DNA of 35,164 nt from positions 3,460 to 38,623 of the forward strand of contig MU619324.1 in assembly GCA_025201805.1 (NCBI GenBank), written 5' to 3'. Positions within the stretch are counted from its first letter, which is position 1. Each line of letters begins with the position of its first letter. A program made the position numbers and the translations under genes. Origin of the DNA: Parasitella parasitica NRRL 2501 (Eukaryota > Fungi > Mucoromycota). This document shows positions 25,799 through 35,164 of the stretch, piece by piece. The notes beneath the pieces were generated by a model, which saw nothing but the letters and a program-made list of their open reading frames with translations, ran no database searches and was not told the DNA's origin.

Positions 25799-26119
25799 GT
25801 ATACGTAAATTGATAAATATCACCTCGCATATCAATAAAAATTATGTTATAAATTTATATCCTTATTTCAAGGATTAAAGTCACTTGCAACTGTCATGAT
25901 AGAATTCAAAATATCTACGATATGTCCTCACCTTTTTTATTTTTTTAGGTACTACAGTACAATATACAAGCTACTAACATAATATATGTTCAACCATTAT
26001 TTCTATATTGCTGGAGTAATGATTGAAAACCTTACTTTATCATGCACTAGAAATTTTATGGTTAAAGCTAACTTGATGATTTTGTTTTACTAACTTGATT
26101 GAATTGATTAGAAACAATC

Positions 26120-27252
26120 GTTGTTTCCTTATAAAGGCTATATATATGTCATAGCTAACATAGTTATAATGTACGGATCATGATGTATTAAACATTGTTA
26201 GTAATTCTTTTACAAATAAGGAATAAGCTAGAGTTTGTAATCGAACCTCTTGCAAGGTTTATTCAAGATTATATATCAAGGTCAGGTTGCGGGATGTCAG
26301 GGAGACATCTTACTCACATCTTCTTTTCAATGTGAAGAATAGATCTGTTCCTGGAAATGCTGTGATTTAATGATGTTTGAAACTCCCTGTCAAACTTCAG
26401 TTATTATGTGGATATGAAACATTGATTAGGATATATATTTTAGTATCACCAATAGAGATCATATCTTATGTTAATAAAAGCCTTTAGTTTTGTATCTGGT
26501 TTTATTCTGAGAAAGCTTTATTTACTTTTTTTTCATCTAGCATTTACACAACAACTGTCAAATCAAAGATGAATAGCCCTGTAGTATAATAATACGTCGT
26601 ACCCTGTCAAGGATAATGTTACTTGCAAATTAGTCTTGTCAATTAGTATTTTAAATAAATCAACAAAAATATATGTAGTTGTAAAAAGTATGGCAAGTGT
26701 CATAGAACAGGATTCATAGATTACTTTATCCGCTTGATTATACAACTTTAATGTCAATTTCTTGATATAAACTTTAATAAACATTTCAGTTACCTAAAGG
26801 TATATTCATAAAGATCTTGCCTATAAACAAGTCTATGAATTTCTTATATATATAATACACCAATTAATGTTATATTTTTCAACTTCTATCTCCAGCAACA
26901 TATACATTCGATCTCTATTCATGCTAAAATATATATCCCAATCAATATTCATCCACATAACATCTAATGTTTGACAAGAAGTAGAAGTGTCAAACCTTAT
27001 TAAATCACAGCATTTTCTGGACAGACCTATTCTTCTATTTTACATTAAAGAGAAGATTATGTAGGATCTCTTCCCGACATCCCGCGATCTGATCTTGATG
27101 TATTCTTTGAATAAGCCTGGAATCTTGCAAGAGGTCCAATTACAACCTGTAGCTTATTCCTTGTTTGTAAAAGAATTACCAACTGTCAATATTATGATCC
27201 GTGCATAATGACCAAGTTAGATATGAGATATGTAGCCTTTATAGGTACAACA
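26120..27252. repeat. Foldback / long-TIR non-autonomous element: imperfect inverted arms about 26120-26472 and 26897-27252
   Basis: 26201-26230 gtaattcttttacaaataaggaataagcta is the reverse complement of 27150-27179 with one mismatch. Colinear matches continue (cctcttgcaag, gcgggatgtc, aaatgctgtgatttaat, gatatatattttag, aatagagatc). Confidence 0.88.
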
Positions 27253-27638
27253 ATCAAGCCTTGATAATATATAAACGAACACATATCAAAAGTAAAAAGG
27301 ATCAAATCGATGATAGAATAATATAGTATTTTATTAGTAGTAATAATTAATATGAACGATTAACATTGAGTTAGACACAATCTATCCTATGTCCTGGATC
27401 TCATTTCCAAAATCTTTCTTCTCGCTTCAGCTTCTTTCGCTCGTACATTAGATACATACATCCTTTATTTTTTGATAATACAATCAAAGATTTCTTTGCC
27501 GGAAGATACTAAATGTTTTTTTCTTATATATCATTTGAGTTTACTGGGCTATCTGACAGATAATTTATCTATCATGGAAGATACGTTCTTGGTAAAAAGA
27601 GTGTAATGAAAAAAAAAAGCTTTTACTTATTCACTCTT

Positions 27639-29671
27639 TTACTTTTTTTTAGGAAAGTTGTAGATTTCAACGCCTTCAATTCCTTCAACAGGGAACCCAA
27701 AGATTTGTCCATAAAACCATTGTTCAAGTTCCATTGTGCGCTTAATGTTTTCAGCGCGTTTGAAGCCATGAGCCTCACCTTGATAAAGGACGTAAGCTAC
27801 AGGTACATTTTTTTCCTTGAGCGCATTGACCATAACTTCAGCTTGTGAAGGAGGCACAACCTTATCTTCAGATCCTTGGAAAAAAATGACAGGACATTCA
27901 ATTTCGTCTGCCTTGAACAAAGGGGAGCGCTCTTCATACACAGCCTTATCCTTGGGGTACTCACCGATTAAACGGTCAGGGTATCTAGATTCAAACTTGT
28001 GTGTTTCCAGGGCCAGCAAAGTAATGTCTGAAATACCATAACGACAACAGCCGGCTTTGAATACTTTGCGAAACGCCAAAGATGCCAACGTCGTATATCC
28101 ACCTGCACTGCCACCTTCAATAGCCAGTTTGTTACGATCAACCAAGCCCTGATCCGCTAAATAAAGTGCGGCATTACAACAATCATCTACATCTACAATG
28201 CCCCAACTCAATTGCAAACGATTACGATATTCACGGCCATACCCAGTACTGCCACCATAATTGACATCGGCGACAGCAAAGCCGCGAGTTGTCCAGTACT
28301 GAATGGCACGACTGTAACTATTATCGGTAGCAGCTGTTGGTCCACCATGGGAAAGAACACGGAGAGGAGGAAGGCCATCACCTCTGAAACCAGGATTCTT
28401 GGGAGCATAGTAGTAACAATAGGCAGATTTGCCATTAGTAGTAGGGAAGATGACTTCTTCCCCAACAGACAAATACTCAGGCTCCAAGCGAGTTGTCATT
28501 GATTTTCTGTGTATATGAGCGATTGTCTGATTCTTGATATCATACGAACAAATTTGAGAAGGCTCGGTAGGAGAGGACATATCAGCAGCCACATACTCAT
28601 TTCCTTTGCTATCCAAAAAAATACGGATATAAGCAAAATGGTCGAACTCACAACCGAGGTTTGTCATTGTCTTTGCCATGGTATCGAGGATAGCGAGAGA
28701 ATTCTTGTTGATGACAATTAATTTGGAAGCATCTGATTTGAGAGGTGTATAATCAGAATCGTTGAACCTCCAGGCTGGGCCTACAAAATCTTGCTCCACA
28801 GGTTTCTCCAACAACAAATTTACATCTTTGCCATCAAATGAATACAAGTTCCAGAACAGAGAGCGGTCTGAAGCAAAATAAAGAGTGCCGTCTACACCAA
28901 AGTTAGGTTGCTGATTTCATGGAATAACGAGTAATCAACAAACTGAAATATACATGCTTAGCTTATAAAACTTACGGAAATGCTTTCGTCAATCTTGTCG
29001 CCAGCTACGCAAACAAGGTCCTTCAAAGTTAACTGTTCGTTTTCGAATTCAATTTTAGCATGATAGAGTTCAGTAAAATCCCAAGGCATGTTGGGATGGC
29101 TCCAGCAAACATAGGTCAATGCATTGTTAAAAGGAGAGATACGAGGAGATGAATAGAAATCTTTGCCCTGAGCAATAACAGTTTCCTTGCCTGACTTCAA
29201 GTCGATCGAAGCAAGGACATTCAAGACATCCTTGGGTTCTTCATTAGCAAAATGCTCCTCACGAACACAAACCAAGAATCGATTCTCTGTATCTATTGCG
29301 AAGTCTGCATAACGGTAAGATGTGTCTGCAGGAGTCAATGGTTTGATTTCATCATTGATAATAGTGTAAATACGACAGTCCTTGTTGTTTGAAAAGACGA
29401 TAAGACCATTAGAAACTTTGAAAGAGCCGCGGCCATACTCATGGACACGGGTTAAGCAATCATAACCTTCAGGTAAAAGAGCTTGAGGAGGTGTACTGCT
29501 GTCACTGATAGTTTGCTTAAAGATTTGTCCGCGTCCTTGCTCTGTGGCAACGGTCGAACACCAATATATTGTGTCGTTATCAACGCAAATATCATAAGCG
29601 GCAGGCTCAGAAGATAATGATTCTGCTGTAATTGGAGATGGCCATGCGCCGAAAGGTTTGATTTCTACCAT
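27639..29671 (-). CDS. Prolyl oligopeptidase family S9 (S9C-like dipeptidyl/acylaminoacyl) peptidase, 2 exons (intron 28975-28911)
   Basis: PFGAWPSPITA N-terminus; TRVHEYG; WSHPNMPWD; HGGPT; VNYGGSTGYGREYR; catalytic GGSAGG, GSEDKVVP and EAHGF; THKFESRY. Confidence 0.95.
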
Positions 29672-30089
29672 TTTTTTTTGTGAACGAAACAAGATAAAAA
29701 GACTTTTCACTCAAAAAGGGCCCTAAATGTTTAATTAATTTTTTAGCCGGTTCAAGTGCGCACTCGCGTTGTTCCAATGCCAAATTTGGAAACCGAGATA
29801 CCAACACTGTGCATCTAAACTTTGCATTGTAGAAGATATATAACATCGAATCCCTCAAAGCTGTGCTCGTCCGTTTTAAATTTGCGATAATACTTGTACA
29901 CAGCTTTTCTGTTATAACCTACAACCTATATAAGTTTGCACTCCATATTAGTCTACCAAAGTTAAATGAAACAGGAAGATTAAATACTTTACTAATCTGC
30001 TACAACGGGAGAGCTTTTTGCATGCTCCTCTGAACATGCATCATATCAGTTATTCGACATAATCGAGTTTTTAGATAAGCAAGGCTGTC

Positions 30090-31995
30090 CAACTAAATAT
30101 TCTGCAATTACCAGTTTCAAGCTTTTCGTGGAGGGTATCAAAGACAATAAAGATAAGAGAGAATCATCAAAAAAGGTGAGAGACTATGCTAATGCTATCA
30201 TCAACGATAACTATGAAATATAAAAAAATGTGTACCAAGTATTAAATGCTTACTCTAAAAGCACTTATTAGCGTTATGTCAAAATCAGTCAGTAAAACGA
30301 ATCTGCCAAAGAGTTCCATTTTTATTAGAAATACATCTTCTGGATATATTTATGTGAATCCACATTATGAGCTAATTAAGGTCATAGTGTGCGACTGTAT
30401 CCAAGATTTACCTTATAGAGCATGCGGTGCAAATCACTGTTTTACCCACGCACATTGGCTTTAGCCCCTTGATCTGGCTATAAGCCCTATAGCATGCTAT
30501 TGATAAAACCATCACATCTTTGAACAAAAAGCATTTATCGATTATTGAAATGCTAAGTCAAAGAAACCTACAAGATCTAAATGGAAAGGCGCAGAGATCC
30601 AACAGACAATGAGATAGGTACAAAATTACGCGGTTGTTTTTGTCTGGCAATGAAGAGAGTGAAGGATCTGAATATCGGAGCCGGGATTCGAGCAGCTTAA
30701 TTATTGGTGAAAACCAAGATGAAACAAAACAATGCTTAGTCCATATTGGAAAAGCCTATCAATACAAGCTCAAGAAGGACTTTATCAGATGGATGGTGAA
30801 TGATCATGATGTCTCACAGGAATTTTTCAATTTTCGGAATGCTACTATTAATAAAGCTGAGGATTTGCAAAATCTGAATGATCACGAACAGCTGGTTTTC
30901 GATGGAATAATGATAACTGACAATGGATTTGTAAATACTGATATTGTGGATTATGAAGAAATGTGGCATATCTTTAATGATATTGACCAAATTGATGAAT
31001 TTAAAAGTGTCAGTATGAAGGAATCTCGGGAAGAGCTACTTGTCAAGTTTGCAGAGGATCTTGATACAAGAAATATCAATATTATTGCAGAAAAATATTT
31101 ATATACGATGTGAGAAATAAATCTATTGTGCATATTATATGGCCTATTATATTACCGATCAATCAAATGAAGGAACCCTTGTCCGGAACCATGATCTCTG
31201 ATTCATTCAAGAGATTTAGCAGATTAGATACATCACTCAAGAACTATAAGCTATTACGAATATTCCCTTTGTTCCAAAAGTTACAATCATCGTTCATTTA
31301 TCTGCAGTGAATTTACAAAATCGTCCTCTATCTGCCATTCAACTTTTTTTTTAAAGGTTTTTATTGATGGCTCCATGTAAAGCACAGTAGTGAAACTGGC
31401 TCAAGAGGCGGGCGCAAATATAGATTTAGTCAGACGGAGATAACATAATACTGAGGGACAGAGATTGAGAGATACTAAATAGAAGGGATAAAACATATGA
31501 AAGCAAAAAATAATAATATAAAAAGGTGTTCAGTTTGCCGACAGAACTATGACCCTACCAGTATGCTACAGAACGGAATGAACTGAGTCTTCCTCAATGC
31601 GTTTTAAAACATCGATTCGGATGTTGGCCAGAACCGCGGCTGTAGTGAAAGGAGTGCCATCAAAGATAAAGCGAAAGTGAGCTCTCCAAATGTTAGCCAA
31701 GGCTATGAAAACTATGAGAGACGCAGGTACAGAACTTGTTTGGCTGTAGCGAATGTCATAGAAATCAAAAGAGCGAATAGCTTGAATAATATCATGAATA
31801 GATACTGTTGGCCAAAGGAATTCGAAAACAACAGCCTGCCAAATGTTGGCTTTGGCTGGACAATAGAAGAGGAAATGCGAAGGAGAATCAACTGTTAGTG
31901 AGCAAATAGCACATAGTGGGGGCCATTCAACTTTTGACATTTATTATTCGCAAAATGTACAATATTTACCAGCCGCAGTGTACTTCTGCAACAAA
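30090..31995 (+). pseudogene. Decayed gene of unknown family, disrupted by stops, frameshifts and the LINE insertion
   Basis: Protein-like segments (ITSFKLFVEGIKDNKDK...; ORF 30634-31113 IRWMVNDHDVSQEFFNFRNATI). The frame AVNLQNRPLSAIQLLTFIIRKMYNIY is continuous across the reconstructed empty LINE site. Confidence 0.45.
31348..31921 (-). mobile_element. 5'-truncated non-LTR retrotransposon (L1/Tx1-like ORF2 C-terminus, 3' UTR, short poly(A))
   Basis: CAIC...DSPSHFLFYCPAKANIW...IWRAHFRFIFD is the CCHC zf-RVT end of ORF2. AATAAA precedes the A-tail. A 14-bp direct repeat gccattcaactttt lies at 31334-31347 and 31922-31935. Confidence 0.92.
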
Positions 31996-32204
31996 TAAAA
32001 AAAAAAAAAATAGCATAAATCCTTAAATTAAGGGATAACATCTGAATTAGAATCAAGGAGGTTTTGAAAGATTTTGTAAATACATGTAAGGTAATGCATC
32101 AACAGCCAATTTTCATATAAAGCAAGTTTTATCTTTTCTTTCTTTCCTTACCATTTTTCTTTTTCCTTTACTATCATCTATTTTGGTCTTTCTGTCAATA
32201 AGTG

Positions 32205-33436
32205 ATGGCTTCGTCTTGTAGATCATGCCCAACGTCAGATCATCGAGCAAATAACAGTACTAGTAATACGTAACAAGAATATATAAAATAATACAAATAT
32301 CTTATTTGAAACTACAGCTACAGTGCATTGCGATGACAATTGTTCCAATGATCAGTCGACAAGAAGAGAATGTTGCCCTGATTGTGGCAACAGCAGCAAC
32401 AAAAGCAGCCATTTAGAAGAGGGCTCTATGTGTAGTGATGCTGAAGACTGCCATTGCTCGTCTCTAGCGTCTTCAAATGTCTGTGATTCCTATAATCACA
32501 GCCACCACCATCACAACCACAGTATTTCTACGACTGAAAGCCTATCCTGGAAAGAAGAACTGAAATCATCATCCACTACATCTTCCTGTAGTCAGCACAA
32601 ACACCACACTCACAACCACAAACACCACACTCACAACCAAAAACACCATAGACACTACAAATCTGAAAGATCTGCAGACTTCAACGCCATAATGCCAACC
32701 AGTAATACAATGAAATCGCTTGCAGCTACCAGCAGTACCAGTCAACAGAACCAGCGTCGTAATCGTAGTCGATTTGGTTGCTGCTGCTGTCGATCTCGTA
32801 CTCATTCTAGGCTCTGCGTGTTTTTCTTTTTCTTTATTTGTGTCTTGGGCGCTATTGCGACTTTTTTTTGTTGGCCCCGTACGCCTAGAGTTTCAATGGG
32901 CGGTGGTGCAGATTCTCTAAGTGGAGCTCCAGATTGGTGGGCTGGAGAAAGACAACCGCTACCACTACCCGATACGCCCATACCCTCTCGACCTTCGCTG
33001 AGGGCTACATGGCAGATCAATGTCACACTGGATAATAGAGATAATTGGATTCCTACCCACATTACAAAATTGGATTTTGTGATAGTAGATAGTCTGACAT
33101 TGGCCAAGTTTGCTTGGGCATCCACGTCCTCTGCTTTAGAATTAGCGCCAGGCACGATATCACCAATAAGTCTAACTTTTAATGTGAATTATCAGGCTGC
33201 AGATCGTACAGATCCGACTTTTCAAAACTTGTATAACGCATGTGGTCCTTTAAGCGACTCCAAAAAAAGACCAGCATTAAATGTGTTATTAAGGGTAAAA
33301 TCTTTTACTAGTACAACTTGCACTGATACTCATAGATGATTATTTATAGGTCTCTTTTCATATCTTTGGCATTGTCTGGACTCCTTTGGTAACAGCTACG
33401 CCCTACACAGGAGGCATACTGTGTCCTACAAAATAA
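32205..33436 (+). CDS. Type II membrane protein with Cys/His-rich N-terminus and LEA_2/NDR1-HIN1-like ectodomain (3 exons)
   Basis: ATG 32205; introns about 32263-32317 and 33295-33349; CCCCR, then a TM segment, then FFCWPRTP; WQINVTLDNRDNWIPTHI; LYNACG; final exon FHIFGIVWTP...CPTK*. Confidence 0.75.
32598..32650 (+). repeat. 21-bp coding tandem repeat (about 2.5 copies; HKHHTHN)
   Basis: aaacaccacactcacaaccac / aaacaccacactcacaaccaa / aaacaccat. Confidence 0.8.
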
Positions 33437-33624
33437 TCATATAATACTATAGATAGAAGAACATAATTTGAAGTCGACAGTCAATTAATTGATTGCTATT
33501 GAAAGGAAAAGTGGATGCATTTTGTTTATTTATATAAAAGTAAATATGATGAGATGAGGATATATACGACATATGTTGTGTGTTTTTTAGTCAAGATGAT
33601 GAGCTTTTTTTTTCTTTTTTTTTT

Positions 33625-34014
33625 TTACAGATTGGTTGTACAAACCAAAAATCCGCTTCTATTGCGATAGTTGTAAAAAGTATGTACATGAAGATCTGGT
33701 TTACGACGGTGAAACTTGCTTATATCAAGCTGTTCTTGCTGTTTTTCTTTTTCTAATTGTCTTTCTATTTCCTCTTCTTTGTCTAATTCGTCAAGACAAG
33801 CATCAAACCAATCTTGCTCTAATTCAATGGAAGGAGACGATGGCTCGCGTAGTAAATTTACAATCAATACATATTTACGAATAGGAAGGTCTATGCGAGC
33901 AGAGTCATATTCTGCTAATTTAGAGTAACTGATGGATTGGATATATTGATTTTGATCAGTGATAAGGTCATTTTGCCCATGTTGGTTTTTGTTGCTATGG
34001 TAATAATTTGACAT
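33625..34014 (-). CDS. Small (129 aa) protein with a SERTA-like motif, single exon
   Basis: Good start context (aaacatcaagATG). QNQYIQSISYSKL...LPIRKYVLIVNLLR resembles the SERTA consensus. It is followed by acidic EQDWFDACLDEL and a short coiled coil. Confidence 0.7.
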   Translation of the reverse strand: MSNYYHSNKNQHGQNDLITDQNQYIQSISYSKLAEYDSARIDLPIRKYVLIVNLLREPSSPSIELEQDWFDACLDELDKEEEIERQLEKEKQQEQLDISKFHRRKPDLHVHTFYNYRNRSGFLVCTTNL

Positions 34015-35164
34015 CTTGATGTTTTTTAGTTACCCAATTATTTTCAGTCTTTTCTTGCCACACATAAAACTATTTAACTAGGAAATGTTCAGGAAAGAAG
34101 CTGGCATGCACAAGAGTGAGAATAACTGATGAAAAAAAGAAAAGAAAGAAGAATGAGATGTATGTATTTATACAAAAAAAAGGGAGAAAAGATAAAGAGT
34201 GCCAACAAATAACAAAAAAGTTTATAAAAAGATTAATTAGCTCTGTTTTTGCCCAATTTTTTCCCAATTGATTATCATTGTAATACCATTTGTAGCTGTT
34301 ATTGTTTTGCTTTGCCTCCCTTCTTACACCTTGGCTCTATGCTGCGGCATTCAATGTGATCTAGAACCAAGCTTTTTGCAAACGATATGATTAATCTAGC
34401 ATTCGGAAATAATGATTGATCATCAAAGCACGACATTGTGTGATGTGTGGTTTAGTTCCGAGCGTATCCAAACAAATTTGAATGAGATTCATTATATTCG
34501 AATATTATTGACGTTTATTATTATAAGAAAGTGATAATTATATTATTGCCAAAGTAAGAAATAGGCTCAAATGCGAATGTTTAAAGAACCAAATGACAGA
34601 TAATCGTAACGAGACGAGTAATCTCCACTTTTTGGATTGCAATTGGTCCAAGTTTATGTACCTAGTTACAGCATGAATTTATAAACATTTCTGTGGTGCT
34701 ATTCACTACCGCAGTAGTACAAACGTTCTCCTGATTAAACCATCTACAGATGATTTTCAATCTTAAAATATATGTTATACGAATTGTTATGAATGTGAAG
34801 GTGGTAAAGACTTACATCGAATATTAGATGCAGAAGTGGGAGTCGAGAATCCTGTGACATTGTCGTATATCCTGTCATAAATGTCTTTCACAAAAAAATG
34901 TTCGAAACATACCAATCACAGAGTAATGTGGATGCCACAACGTATAGTATTTCCTGGTGCTAGTTTTTGTTCTTTATTGCACTATACAAGGAAAATATGA
35001 AATTTCATGAGTATTCAGTTTATATGTGGAGATGGAAATGCACTGATGAGTATGACAGGCCGAAAATTATGTACTATATCTTTGACGAGGGCGATATGCT
35101 CTTGAACAACATGCTCTAAGCAGAAGTTTTCGCAAAACTCTTTTTTTTTTTTTTTTTTTTTTTT

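Noticed and set aside
8727-28721. Numerous short antisense or alternate-frame ORFs overlapping CRM1, GT49, APS3, Munc13-like and S9 genes
   Set aside because: Shadow ORFs of well-supported genes with no independent motifs.
27639-29671. Recent bacterial horizontal transfer of the S9 peptidase
   Set aside because: The gene has a spliceosomal intron and host-like composition, and this subfamily is widespread in eukaryotes; not supportable without a phylogeny.
29745-29800. tRNA / Pol III B-box-like ggttcaagtgc
   Set aside because: No cloverleaf or A-box; probably just promoter sequence of the peptidase gene.
1-35164. CRISPR arrays, rRNA, prokaryotic operons or defence systems
   Set aside because: The window is intron-rich eukaryotic DNA; no regularly spaced repeats or rRNA-like sequence seen.

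Overview
Eukaryotic, AT-rich genomic DNA with compact genes and short (mostly about 50-75 nt) GT-AG introns. Gene content and style point to an early-diverging fungus, most likely Mucorales (inference). Twelve apparently intact genes are supported: a Rax1-like RGS/transmembrane protein, nucleoporin Ndc1, a bHLH factor, exportin CRM1, MOB4/phocein, a GT49 glycosyltransferase, a divergent septin, AP-3 sigma, a Munc13-homology/C2 protein, an S9 peptidase, a LEA_2-like membrane protein and a small SERTA-like protein. Mobile DNA lies between them: an internally deleted DIRS retrotransposon, a 176-bp TA-flanked MITE, a 1.1-kb foldback element with about 350-bp arms, and a 5'-truncated LINE with a 14-bp target-site duplication. 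Several decayed ORFs are also present. I see no unambiguous new multi-gene system. The best leads are the fungal SERTA-like protein, the long foldback hairpin, the GT49 enzyme and the reconstructable transposon insertions. All family assignments come from motif recognition by eye, not database searches.
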